64,000 nt of DNA from the NCBI GenBank assembly GCA_051294375.1, contig CM119263.1, positions 14,338,414 to 14,402,413 of the forward strand. Reading direction: 5' to 3'. Positions 13,147 through 25,615 of the stretch are shown one piece after another (position 1 is the first letter of the stretch; the number at the start of each line of letters is the position of its first letter). The translations under genes were made by a program, and so were the position numbers. Source of the DNA: Paraspadella gotoi (Eukaryota > Animalia > Chaetognatha). The notes beneath the pieces are model-generated. The model was not told the DNA's origin. It saw nothing but the letters and a program-made list of their open reading frames with translations, and searched no databases.

Positions 13147-16100
13147 GTGAGAAAGGATGACACGTTCACTGTTTTGCCGCTTTTAAGAAGAACTATCGAT
13201 ATCATCAATCATCAATATCCATTTAGTTTATTGATGTTCGTTAATATTGCTTTTTTTACAGCAAAAAGAAGCACCGGCGCAACCGAACTACCTTCACTAC
13301 ATTTCAACTTCATGAGCTGGAGCGAGCATTCGAAAAATCTCACTATCCGGACGTCTACTCGCGGGAGGAATTGGCTATGGTGAGTTTCGATTGCATAGAT
13401 AAATCAGTTTAAGAAATTATTGATTGCTGTCAAGCATCTTTTTAAATATTAAGTTTTTAAACTAATTTTATGTCAATTTTCTTTCTTCATGTTTCCCGCG
13501 CAGAAAGTCAACCTGCCCGAAGTTAGAGTTCAGGTAAGCTAATGAAAGTTCTGTTATTAATGTAATAGTTAATCGTATGATATGAATGCTGGATTGATTG
13601 AAAAAAGTCTTCCTTACTGTGTGAATTTATTTTAAAATATGTACGTAATGTATTTGATATTTAGTATATTAGTTATTTTTCTCTTCTTTGACAAAATTAA
13701 CGGAAAAAAAATCTCCCTTCAAGTTTCCAATTGCACAATAATAATCCTACTGACTGAACCATAAACTCGATCAAGGGCCACCATAACTTATGGGCATAAA
13801 AGAAAGTTTCCGTGCACCGAAAACCCTCGGAAGAGAACGACTCTGCCTATTTTTACGAGCCATCCCCTTCCACCTTTCCCTACCGTCCACCCTTCCCCTT
13901 ACCTAAGCCCCACCCCAGGTTGTCATGCCCGATTTGAGTCCCAGGAGCCGACTTGGCCGTCGGGATAATAGAATGGCTTTTAATAAACCAAAGGAAATGA
14001 TGAGCGGAGGACATGAGCCGAGCGACTTGAAAGACTAGACCTCGCGTGACCGGTGGGTTGGGGCGAGGGAGAAAGGAAGGAAGAAAAGAAAAAGGAGTAG
14101 AGAAGAAAGGATAAAGGAAAAAGGAAAAAGAAAAGTTACCCAATATATGAAGATGTAGAATGAGAAATGGAGGTAAAGAGAGGTGGCTCTGAGGTAGGAA
14201 AAGAGGAAACTAAGGTGATAAAGGTAATGAGAGGAAGACTTGCTGAATTTAAACCAGTGAGGTGAAAGAAATGAGAAAATAAAAGATGACAAAAGGAGGG
14301 GAAATATTAGAGCGGGAAGGGGAGGTTGTGGGTCTGAAAAAAAGTGAAAAGGCTGAAACAGGTTATTTTGCTTAACAACAAAAATTGGTTTAAGGTTGAA
14401 AGAGATGACAATTGGTCGACGAAACATAGGTATTGGCCCCTCTTGATATATTTTTATCTTAACGAATTGCCGATGAAAATTTATATGTACCCAAAGCTAC
14501 CCAAACATCCAGTTTTGAACGGTATCTCCTGTACGTTCGTTTTCTGCTAAACATCATGACGAATGAAGATTGATGAAGGAAGAAGATGACGAATATAGAC
14601 GACGACGACGACGACCAAAATAAGACGTTCGTGTCTCATTGAGTGGGTTTTTTTTCTGTCCCTCGGGATTTTGTTAATGTGGTAATCAACCTGAAATTGG
14701 TTTTCATTTTCTTGTTATCTTGTTTTTATGATGAGTTTTGATTGAAAAGCGACGTCTTTTCCTTTTTACGAATCAAAAGTCAAATCTCTGTTTTCTGTTT
14801 CGTTTTTGTGTTTTTTTATACGCCGAGTTTTTTTTTCCCGCCAACGATTATTTAGTTTTTCGTCTTGGGTTACAAGAATGACAAAAATGGTTAAACTTCT
14901 ATGGATAATGAGTTAAATACGCAATTATTTAACTTTTTGATATTATCCGAAGATTGATGATGAAATGCTTGTTCCTGGTTCAGGCCACAAAGCTAAACAT
15001 ATTTCGTGTGAGATAGCGCTTTAAGGTTCTATTAGATTTTATCTATTGACAGAGTAGATAGTTAACGCATATTATAAATTTATAGCCTTGATTCCATTGG
15101 CTAAAGAAGTAAATATTTTTTCAAAAAAAAGAAGGAATGTTTCAATGCCATGCTGCCGAAAGTAAAACTAAGTGAGACGGTTATTACGGCAAATGAATTA
15201 AAAAAATAATCTGCCATACTATATTATCAATCTACTTTGAATGGCAAGAGGAGGGAAAATATGAGGTTTGAAAATCATTCCCTTAAAAAAACTGAATCGC
15301 GCCATTTTTCTTGTTCTGAGTCTTGACATATTTTACATGAGAGCGGTAAACTCTCACTCCGAAAAACATGAAAAAAGTCTTGCAATAATATTCATCGTTT
15401 GGCTAAAGAAAATATTGAGCAAAACGAGGGAATAGGAGGGCAGCGAAATGAAGAATGAAAAAGAAACTGGGGGAGAAAGAAAAGCCACAAAAACGGGGGA
15501 CAAAAGGAGGAAGGGGGAAACTAAAAGCACGAAAACGTTCGGTCAGAGAAAAAGGGGAAAAAAAAAGGAAAAACGTCTCTTCTTCGGTCATGATATTTTT
15601 ATGGGAACTAATGAAATGAGATTGACAATTCCGTGGGATCGACTATCTCCTTTCTATCCATGTCCAATTTCCTCTCTATCTCTGCCCCTTCTTCTGTCCC
15701 CGTTTCCCCTTTAGCTTTAGCTCGAGGGTGAAAAATGATGAACAGGGAAAAAAATAAACGATTTCGACATAAAAAAAGAGAAGCCGAATTTTCTAACTTG
15801 TCTTTTTTCCATTGTCTATCAAAGCTGCCAATTAGAAAATCTAACCTCGAAAATATCGATCGAGTCTTTTAAGTTTGTTTTCTTCTCATTATCCCCGCTG
15901 GTTAAATATTTTTTTTACATCTTTATTAATATTATTAATATAATTTTCGACCGAACTAAAAAAAACAAAAAAAAACGAGTCGGGCGGCCGAAATTTAATT
16001 ACGTCTTCTTTCAATCCTCATCTGTGTCTCTCGGCCAGGATGTAATATAATGATTGCATGTGAAAGCCTGTGTTTGCTTCGTTCCTCCCATTCTTCATCT

Positions 16101-18573
16101 TCTTCTTTCTTTATATTCTTCTTCTTCTTTCCTCTTCTTTCTCGTCTACTTCTCCCCGAGTATCGACGCAACCGCCATCTCTCGGAATGATTTTCAATCA
16201 TTTTTCCCGGGACCCGAAGCTTTCGAAATATATCAATCATGGCAATAAGAAACACAGCGAGAGGAGAGAAAAGACACGAGAGATGAGAGAGGAGAGAGAG
16301 AGAGAGAGAGAGAGACGAGAGAGAGAGGAGAGAGCGGAAGGGTACGGAAGGTATTTTTCAGAAAAAGATCAAAACACAGTATCAGTAGGTTCTATCAACG
16401 CATAAAACATTAACTTCCGATGGGCGTGGACCAATTGGCGTCGAGAACTTACTTTACGTAGCTAAGCTAAAAACCGAGTCAGACGTTCGACGTCAAAAAA
16501 AGGTAATTCATAACCGAAGATCGATAAAAGGCTTCGTCAGATTTTGACCGAGTTAAAAATCGCACCTCCCCATGTCGCCACTCTCGCCGATCGCCACTCA
16601 GACCACACCGTCCACTCTCGCTAGCCAGGGACCTTCTTCTTCGCTTCCCAGTCTCGAGGGACATTTCAGCGGCGTTCCGATCCCACGCCGCCTGACCTGA
16701 GACCCTGGACCGCACCCTGCCAATATATTCGCTCGTATTCTCTTCATTCCCTTTCCTTTTCTTCCTCCCTCGTCTTCCTCCCCCCCCACTTTTCTTCCCC
16801 CTCTTCCTCCCTTCTCTTCCTCCCTTCTCTCTCCGCCGAAAATCTAATCAAAGGATAATGAAATATCTGCCTGGCCAAAGATTGAGGAGGACAGAATGAT
16901 TTGGGAGCGGAGGAGTCCGAGAGAGAAGGGACTCGAATGAAAGATGGATGGCGCGAGTGTGTTTTTCGTTGTTGTTGTTTGTGGAACTTGCTTATGATTC
17001 TTATGATTCGGGAAATTTTAGGAATTTCTGTAGCCTGTAATTTTTAGAGGTTGAGCCCAATTTATGGGATGAAGTTTGAACCGAATTGTTTGAATTGAAT
17101 TGAATTGAACTGAATTGAATTGAACTGAATGAAATTAAATTGCGTTTGAAATATTTAATTGAAATGCAAAGACTAGTCGCTAACATGTTTTTAATGAAAT
17201 CTAATAATATTGAATAGTGACAATAATATTGAATAGTGTCGATCTAACCGACTCTCGGGTAATGAATAACGGCATTCTCTCCTCTATTCTTGCGCAGGTT
17301 TGGTTCCAAAATCGTCGCGCGAAATGGCGTCGCCAGGAAAAGATGGCCAATCAGAAACTGAGCTCTGGGGGAGGCAGCGGTGGCGGCGCCCCGAATCAAA
17401 TTGGAGAGCCAATCGGAGAGCTGGGCTCTTTGGGTGGTGGCCCGCCGCCGCACTTGAGATCCTTGGGAAACGGCCTCGTTCCGACGAGCATTTCGGTAAG
17501 TCAAAAACTCATTAATCTTTAAAGAATAATTACTCCTATCCCATAACTAAAATCCTAAAAAAAGTTAACTAATTTCATCAAGAATGTAATGATTAGTTTG
17601 TCCTTTCCAGAACTTTGCCGCGAATTCTTTGGCGGGACAAATTTCAATGGACCACTGGCTTTCTAGCGCCACTGCCGCCGCAGCCGCTGCAGCCGCTGCT
17701 GGAACGCCCCTCGCTGCGACGTCGCCCTCCCCGGCCTCAATACAGGTTAGTTATTAATTACAGTTTGATATGAAAGAACAAATTATACGGTGTTATATCT
17801 TTTATATCAATTTAACGATCATTTTCTTAACCCATATTTAGGGCCTCCATGCCGCCGCTGCCGCGGCCGCCGCAGCCGCCGTTCACATGCACGCTGCCAC
17901 TTTTCCGGGGCTCCTCCATCACCCACCTCCTCCCCCTCCGCCTCATCATCCTCATCATCCCTCGACTTACCCGTCCTACCTGCACGCTCCGCCCCTCGCC
18001 AACATGCTTCACCCTGGCGCCGGCGTTCCAGGACTGCCGCCCGTTCCTCCGGCGTCTCTCTGCTCGCCGCTGGTCCATCTCGGCCGCCTGTCGCCATTGC
18101 AAGCGGCATCGGCCGCAGCCGCCGCCGCTGCGACGCTGCACCCTCGTCATCCCACGACGCCGCCGCTTCGCTCGACGCCGCCGCATCACCTAACCACGCC
18201 TCCTCTTCACGCGGCGACACCGCCGGCGCATCCGCCGCTACCCTTACCCGCCCCGGCGTCTTCGGCGTCATCTCCGTCCGCGATTTCGCCGCCGCTGCGG
18301 TCACCCGTCATTCGCGACGCCGGAGCGGTCGTTCCGTCGACCTCTTCCTTGTCTACTCACCACCGCCACCATCCATCTCTCCCCCCGCACCACCCCGCCT
18401 CTCCCGTCGCTTCCCCCGCGGCGTCGCCCGCCAGATCGGACGAACCGGAAGTGAGAGGCGCCGCCGCCGTCCTCGCTGCGCCCTTTGACGTCAAATCCAC
18501 GAGCATCTCGGCGCTGAGACTCAGAGCGAGGGAGCATCTGGCCACGCTGACGGGGCACGGGTGGGGCCGGTGA
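13026..18573 (+). CDS. Rx: Retinal homeobox (Rx/Rax) paired-like Q50 homeodomain transcription factor with OAR motif; exons 13026-13146, 13262-13379, 13504-13533, 17298-17495, 17611-17745, 17842-18573; 5'-partial
   Basis: Spliced translation gives [39 protein letters not shown]|[10 protein letters not shown]|[15 protein letters not shown], essentially the Rx homeodomain. An Rx-domain-like MDHWL and a C-terminal OAR ([15 protein letters not shown]) follow. All introns are GT-AG with consistent phases. Start exon and octapeptide not located. Confidence 0.95.
13262..13379 (+). CDS. Rx: Rx homeodomain exon, basic lead-in plus residues 1-36
   Basis: tttacag acceptor, ATG|gtgagt donor; encodes [39 protein letters not shown]. 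Confidence 0.95.
13504..13533 (+). CDS. Rx: Rx 30-nt homeodomain microexon, residues 37-46 ([10 protein letters not shown])
   Basis: cgcag acceptor, CAG|gtaagc donor; fills the homeodomain gap exactly. The 46/47 intron is the canonical PRD-class position. Confidence 0.95.
17298..17495 (+). CDS. Rx: Rx exon with recognition helix [15 protein letters not shown] and Gly-rich linker
   Basis: gcgcag acceptor, TCG|gtaagt donor, 198 nt. Confidence 0.95.
17611..17745 (+). CDS. Rx: Rx exon with MDHWL (Rx-domain-like) motif and poly-Ala
   Basis: tttccag acceptor, CAG|gttagt donor, 135 nt, open in phase 0. Confidence 0.85.
17842..18573 (+). CDS. Rx: Rx last coding exon, Pro/His/Ala-rich, with OAR motif
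   Basis: tttag acceptor in frame with ORF 17887-18573, which ends ...[26 protein letters not shown]. Confidence 0.93.
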   Translation, partial: GLHAAAAAAAAAAVHMHAATFPGLLHHPPPPPPPHHPHHPSTYPSYLHAPPLANMLHPGAGVPGLPPVPPASLCSPLVHLGRLSPLQAASAAAAAAATLHPRHPTTPPLRSTPPHHLTTPPLHAATPPAHPPLPLPAPASSASSPSAISPPLRSPVIRDAGAVVPSTSSLSTHHRHHPSLPPHHPASPVASPAASPARSDEPEVRGAAAVLAAPFDVKSTSISALRLRAREHLATLTGHGWGR

Positions 18574-18933
18574 TGGAATCGAAGGCATTGAAAACTGTCA
18601 TGAAAATTGAGAAATCTAGAATCTCAAAATTGTCGGCAGCTGCTTAGAGAATTCGCGAATTCAATGTGTTTCTGATGTTTTTCACTTTTACATTCGTCCT
18701 TACAATTTCTGATCTGTTTCTTAATTTGATTTTGGCGTCGCAAGTCTCTAGTCTCGCTTCGAGTAGAACAACGAATTTTATTATTATTTTTAGTTTTGTT
18801 TAATTTTTCGTGCTCTGTATCCGTTTCTTTAAATTGTTTCCTATTTTTCTCTCTCCTACAATCTGTATTTATGAAAGTACAAACGTTTATATAATCATTT
18901 ACTGTCCAAAAATGGTTTTGAAATAATGTATTT

Positions 18934-18939
18934 AATAAA
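18934..18939 (+). terminator. Candidate Rx polyadenylation signal AATAAA
   Basis: AATAAA about 360 nt after the stop codon, following a U-rich 3' UTR. Confidence 0.45.
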
Positions 18940-19264
18940 GAAAAAAAAAAATCAAAACTATGGATCTCTTATTGTGTGTCGCTCCAGATGGACAAAGTCA
19001 ATCCAAACAATTTTATGCAATTGAAATTAATTACTATCAATCCTAAAGGAACACACCCACCACTTTCGTAGCCTCCTCTTTGCGTAGTTTATATTTTATC
19101 CTATCCCATCCAGCCATCCATATCGTTCAAAATCACCGAATACAAACTCAGTTTCCTCTCATTCGAACTCGACTCACTTTCTTAACTTCCCTTCCCCCTC
19201 ATTTTCTTCGCCCATTAGCGATTCTTGCCTCACTCAATATCGCCCCTTTGCCTCTCTTCCGAGT

Positions 19265-19274
19265 NNNNNNNNNN
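19265..19274. other. Assembly gap (10 N) flanked by a duplicated 27-mer
   Basis: tatcgcccctt(t/a)gcctctcttccgagt on both sides. Confidence 0.95.
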
Positions 19275-22200
19275 TATCGCCCCTTAGCCTCTCTTCCGAG
19301 TCACGACCCATATTAGCGGAACTTTCCCCCTATTTAGCGAACTTTCGTTATCTTCCTCGCTCGTTATCACCGTCGCTCCTGACAGAGGCGCGACGAAAGA
19401 TCGAACGATAAGAAAAATAAGGCTTTAAAAAAAAAGAGGTAACAAACGAAAGAGAAGGAAAAGGAAAATAAACGTCACCGAAAGTACGGCGACGGTTTCC
19501 CCCTCGTCAACCTCCCTCTCTATTTTCTCTCTCTTCCTCCCCCCCCCCGCCCTTCTAGACCCCTCTCCGATTCGGCGACGAGAAGGGGAAACAGCGGCTC
19601 AAATTAAACGAGTTCAAAAGGAATTTCCCTAAACAATTCCTTAATTGCTGGTTTTAGTGTTTTTCAATAGAGGCAATCAATTACGACCGATACCGAACGA
19701 CAAAAAAAAATGGGGGGGGGGAAAGAAAGAAAACAAAATGGGAAAAGGAAAAAAAAAAGGAGCGCGGCTCTTCGACCAAAAAGGCGATCGAAGAAAATGC
19801 ATCCGAGAGAAAAAAAAAGAAGAAGAGGAAAACTGGAAGAGGAAGAGAAAAGAATTGACCCGTTTGTCGGCTATGGGGAGAGAGAAGAGGGAGGAAGAGG
19901 AAGGGCATGCATTCACGAGTAGTCGGACAATCGCTCCCCTCTCCCCCCCCCATTCGTTCATTGTCGGGGAAGGAGCCTGCGAGTTTTTTTTTTTTTTTTT
20001 TTTTTTGCGGTCGTCGTCATTTGCCGTCTTTGTTTTCGTCGACGTCGTCGTGTTTATCGTCGATCTGGTGATTGTTGTGTGTTCGTAGTCGTCGTCGTCG
20101 TCGTCGCGTGAAAGATCGAGATGATTTTGCTAAACGAGTTTTGACCTGAGGGGAAATCGAATCAATGCGCATGATTTGAAGTGAACGAATTTTTCAGATT
20201 TGTCTCCTGGCCGTGAATTAATCTTAAAATTTAAACGGCGAACTTGATTTAAAGAAAGAAAACAATTTGCCTATACTTTACGCTAATCTGAATATTACAG
20301 TTAGTCATATTGCGTATAAATGATTTATTAATGATTTAAATGATTTATAAATGATTTTCCGATATAAAAAGTTGACGTATACATTTTTTTTTAGAATTCG
20401 ACAGACATTAAAAAAAAAAAAAGCCTCAGCGAGTCCCCAAAAATGGGTGAAATTTTAGGACTTTCTTTCCTAACGATAATCTCTGAGTATTAATAATATC
20501 AAAATCACAGCCACTCCCTCCGTAAAGCATTGGCATGAGCGCCGTGAAGAGAGTCTCCAATCTGCGCGGCGTCTTCGATGGACGAAACGAAAACAATTCT
20601 GTTTCGTTGCGTCGGCGAATTCATCGCGAATCGGAATCAATGGGGCGGAGAATAACACGCTGCCGATCATCGGAAATAAAGTTTGGTTAATAGAAAATAA
20701 ATAAGTTAATCTATTTATATTTTTAAACATATTAATAATTTTTGTGTACTAGATAAAGATGGGTTCTGTTTGATATTTTTACTTTGAACAAAAAGTAAAA
20801 CAAAAGGTCATTCAGCCTATAATTAAAATTCATATAAAATTCATAACTTTTCCCGACCATCTCGACGGGGTGGAGAGAATCGAAAGATTTCTGAAGAGTG
20901 GGAGGAGGGAGAAAGGAAAACGTTGGCCCGATAATAAAAGGAGGTCAATTTGGTTTTTGTCATCCTTTTCTCCCTCTGCTCATTGTCTAATAAAAATGTC
21001 GCTTATCTCGAGTTCATCCAAACTTTTTTTCGCATCATTAAGCGATGATTCGTTCGCACAAAAGGCGCCGAACAAAAGGGAAGCGGAGGTTTTTGTTAAG
21101 GGTGGGGGAGTCGTTGAAACGAAACGCGATTCGGAAATACATATGAAAATTGAAACAATTTTGATCATATACTTTTCAACAAAATAAATAGGTTTAAGAG
21201 AAAGTAACAACCAGTTTAAATTTCCATCTATAAAAAAAACATTATTATTTTTCCGGATAATAAAAATAAAGCCGAAGCAAACGATTAAGAAATAAGCAAA
21301 TAACATATAAACGCTTCAATGATGACGACAAGAGCGACACTTAGATCTACATTAACGTTGAAAGGGAGAGGCGTGGAAAAAGAGGAGAGAGAGATGGAGA
21401 GAGGGAGAGAGAGAGTGAGAGAGTTAGTGAGACGGTAACCCGATCTAACGCAATGGCAAGAGAGGCGGAGCCTTTTTTCCTTTTCACGCCGATTATTAAA
21501 TTCGCCCTCACCTTTAACGTGAGACGATTGAAGATAAACCGTCACTGGGTTCGCGGTCTCACCCTCACGTCTCACACTGCCTTCTTTTCTTTTTGTGATG
21601 CATTTTACTTAGCTTTCTCTCTTTCTCTCTTCAGTATTTCATTAAAATTTGCAGTTTTGATTCTATAAAATCTTCAGCATCTTATTTCTGAAATCAATCT
21701 GCTCACCGAAAATTCTACTGCATTAGATCGTTGTTCTCACGATAAGCCCTCCCAAAAAAACACCTCTCCCATTCTCCCGCTCCCTCTCACCTTTCGCCTA
21801 GAATGTAAAGGGATCGAGGTATGATGTGAGACTAATCCTTGCAGACCACGCCAGGCTCTTCTGTGCGTGAAAAAATCAGGGAAAACACCTCTCACAGTCC
21901 TTTCACCCTTTTCACCTTCCAAGAATATGAGCTCATTGATTAAGAAATGATTGGAAACTAATCCTCCAAAACACCTCAGTCTCTTTCTCTCTCATTCGAG
22001 GATAAGCCGACGTTGACGCCTCCCACTCTCTCCCTCTCTCTTTCTCTCCTCGCCTCGATTGTTTGGCAGGGTGGAAACTGCAGAGTAGTTGAACTCCTAT
22101 ACGATTTGTGACCTTATGGCGTCTTTTTTTATTTTCAACCGTTTGGAAAGTTGTCTTAACAGAAAAAGACGTTCACATATATCAGAGGCCGACATACCAT

Positions 22201-22467
22201 TTAGATGGATTTTCTGAACTAGTTGATTGGTCTCAGGTATTAAGAAATTTCTTTAAAGAAGAAAAAGAACAAAAATTTTGGTTCACGATTCGAATAAGCC
22301 TTAATATGATTCCACCAATAAAAGATTCTACCAATATCCCATAAGGGTCGATCGGTATTTAGTATTTCTTTTGATTTAGAAGTAGAGCGAGGACATTCGC
22401 TTTCGACGGAATACATCGACCGAAATCAATAACAAAAAAGGTCGCCAGTTGGCAACTTAGTTTCCTT

Positions 22468-22471
<4 letters not shown>

Positions 22472-22531
<60 letters not shown>

Positions 22532-22818
22532 ATCCCTCTTTCCTTTTCACTGCTTTTCGGAATATCGTTAACAAAGTCACGAATTATCCGGTTAAATCGA
22601 AAACTAATTGACCGCGAAAATCCTCTCTCACTCAAGCGCTTCACCCCCCCCTTCCAAGCGCCCCCTTCATCGTTAATCGTCCCGAGGAAGCGCCGAACAC
22701 GAAATTTTCTCCCGAACAAAAAAAAAAAATCCGTAAAAAGAGCAGAAAATAATAAAACGAATGAAAATAAACAATGGACCAAAACAAACAAAAGACTGGG
22801 AGGGAGCTTATGCCACAA

Positions 22819-22908
<90 letters not shown>

Positions 22909-23030
22909 ATCGTTTTCCCATTTGCGTTCATCAGGGGAGGAGCGAACGTGAGGGTTCGAAGAGAAGAGCGGATAATTGGTCGCTTTGCCAACTCTCTTTC
23001 TTTGACTTCTTTTGACCGGAAAAATCTCCA

Positions 23031-23115
<85 letters not shown>
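22472..23115. repeat. Cluster of alternating (CT)n, (GA)n, (CT)n microsatellites, representative of many such tracts in the window
   Basis: Directly visible; these tracts generate the ERERER/SLSLSL ORFs. Confidence 0.95.
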
Positions 23116-23119
<4 letters not shown>

Positions 23120-23268
23120 CTATCCTTATAATAAATAAAATGTGATGATTAAAAAATGGAATTCACAATTATGGAATATATACTATTATAAATATATTTC
23201 AATATAATATATATAGTACATATAAATAAATAGCAATAAAAATATTGTGTAGACTATTGCGTAGATAA

Positions 23269-23660
23269 CAGGGGCGGCGAAAGGGAGAGGCACCCTCGCC
23301 TCAGACGAGTGGCCCCGGCCCCAGAGAGAAAAAAAGAAAAAAAAGAAGAAAAACCGTATGTAACCGTATCTCTGTTTCCGCTCATCTCATCTAGTCAAAA
23401 GGTTTAAAAAATTTAGACCCATCGCTCAGACTAGAGGCGAGGCACAATGATTGTGATTTAAAAAAAAACAAGTTTCAGTAAAACACCAAAGACAGGTTGC
23501 AAGTCCTGGAGGCAGAAGTTTGAGCAATTTTCAAGGCAGAAAGTCGGTAATCGAAAACTAAAAACTAAACTAAAAACTAAAATTATGGGGAGGGGTCCCG
23601 GGAGGGGCCCCGGCCAGGGGTCCAGAGTAGGGGCCCACCATTATTCTCTAGCCGCCCCTG
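23269..23660. mobile_element. Non-autonomous hAT-like MITE, 392 bp
   Basis: Terminal inverted repeats CAGGGGCGGC...GCCGCCCCTG. Flanks gtagataa (23261-23268) and gtagttaa (23661-23668) form an 8-bp TSD with one mismatch. Confidence 0.85.
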
Positions 23661-24651
23661 GTAGTTAATAAACCTCATTTTTGTTTCTACACACTCTGTT
23701 AAGATTTTCAACGTTGAACTTGGAAGTTTTGTCTCCCTCGCTCCCTCTCTTCTGCACGTGCAATGTCCATTCCCCCAGAATTTTAAAATGACCGACTGAC
23801 TGACGAAAGAGAAGAGAAATATGAATGGAGTTGATTCTCCTCACGGAGATTTTCTTTAATCTTTTTTCGCCGTTTTCTTTTCTTTCTTTTTTTTTTTTAC
23901 ATTTCTTTATCTTTTGTTTTTTTGTCTTTCTTCGTAGAAGAATGAAATCGGTCGATCGTTGTCTTAGTCGTGGCCGACGTCCGACGTCCGACGTCGTTAT
24001 CGTCGTTGTTCCGGTCAATTTTGTTCCATTGTGCCTCTTCACCTGCAAAGAAGTTGAGATTTTCTGCTTCTCCCGCCGGCGCCACAGCTGTCTCCCAAGG
24101 ATTCGCAGAGCGTGATCGGAGGCGCCGTCCGTGACCTTGATCAGTCCCAACTACAAATCATGGGGGCTTAGTTTAGTTTGCAAACTTCCTGCGTTTCCTG
24201 TCTGTAGGGTTTATGAATTTATACCTAAAATCAAATATCAAACTTCTCATTTCAACTGGCAAACGACAACAAACACAACAAGAAAAAATGCCGAAACGAA
24301 GCCCTGACCGAGGAAAACAACGAGAAACTTCGATTCGGTTTCGCGACGGGGGTCAAGCGGGGTCAGCCTCAGCCCACGACGGTAAGATGATGATTGTCTC
24401 CGTCGAATTTGGGACCAAAAAGATCGAAGGGGACAGAGAACAAAAGACGCGCGGGATCAGGGATATCATGGGCGAGCTGCCTAGATTGGATCGACTTAAA
24501 ACTTGACTCCCTCACTTCCTTTCTCACTCGGTAAAATTTCTCGGCACTTGCTCTCCTGGTGCTGGATTTTTTTCTTTTTACTTGAGATTCGAATATTCGG
24601 TTCACTTCGAGCACGACCTTCGTTTCTCTTTTTTTTTTTTCAAAAATCACG

Positions 24652-25615
24652 ATGACGACGGGCGTTTCTTCCTCAGATTTTTCCATCACCTCGATGAAGG
24701 GATTGGACGACTTGGCCTTTCATCAATTCATCAAGGAGGACCTAGTCATGGTCAGATAATTCTTTGTCGCGAAGCCCCCGTTTTCAATTGCCAAAGACGC
24801 AAAGCCCCCCCCCTTTTTTTTTTATTTAGTTGGACCCTCGTATTCCACAACCCGATGCACCCATCACGCCCTCCGTCGCCCCCACGCACTTCAACTTCAT
24901 TAACGATTCCCCGCCGGACGACCCGCAGCCGGTCGTCACAAAGCCGGTCTCGCCCTCCAATGGATGCAGCGTGGCCAATCCGACGAGCGGGGAATATCGA
25001 AGCGGCTCGGCCTTCGAGCGGTTTAAGGAGTTCGAGCAATGGGTCTTCGGACCCGGCGACGTCCTCGACATTGGACTAGAGCGCGACCGCTTGAGAGCTC
25101 TCAGCCCCGTCCTGGACGTTCCCGACAAATTCGAAATCCAAATCGCCACCTGCTCCGCCGACTTTTGGAAACTTTTAACTCGAGACGACGCTTGCGACGA
25201 CAACCCTTCCGCCGTAGATCGACCCTCCAAAGAGAAAGCCGACCCGAAGAATGCCGAGATGTATCAGAAGTTTCCACCAACGCCGCCCTACGGAGAGGTC
25301 TTCGGAGCTTCCTCCAATGCCCTCCCCTCCCCGATTGCAGGTTCGGACACCCAATTAACGCCGACCACTTCGACTCCCAAGGTTTCTTCGCCCGACGTAA
25401 ACATGAGCGAAGCCAATCCCGAGTACGACGATATTTTCGATAACTTCGAATATATCAAGGATCTGGAAGAGAAGGAAAAGGCGGCGGCCGCCTTAGCCGA
25501 AAACGACGACGAAAGTGTTGAGCCGCAAAACATGGAAATATCGGAGTCTTCTTCGACGACTCCGACGAAAGCCGCCGAATTCCATTTGGACCATTTGAAA
25601 TGGGTGCAATTTTAG
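24652..25615 (+). CDS. Uncharacterised acidic Pro/Ser-rich protein, ~294 aa; exons 24652-24750 and 24830-25615
   Basis: ATG-started 33-codon exon (MTTGVSSSDFSITSMKGLDDLAFHQFIKEDLVM), 79-nt GT-AG intron with strong pyrimidine tract, phase-0 join to a 261-codon non-repetitive ORF. No family recognised. Confidence 0.7.

Larger units (their letters stand above)
7728..14622. repeat. Segmental duplication copy 2 (contains the intact Rx exons)
   Basis: Colinear near-identity with 1-6881. Confidence 0.95.

Noticed and set aside
17790-18588. Overlapping alternative-frame and antisense ORFs over the last Rx exon
   Set aside because: Expected shadows of GC-rich coding sequence; only the 17842-18573 frame carries the OAR motif.
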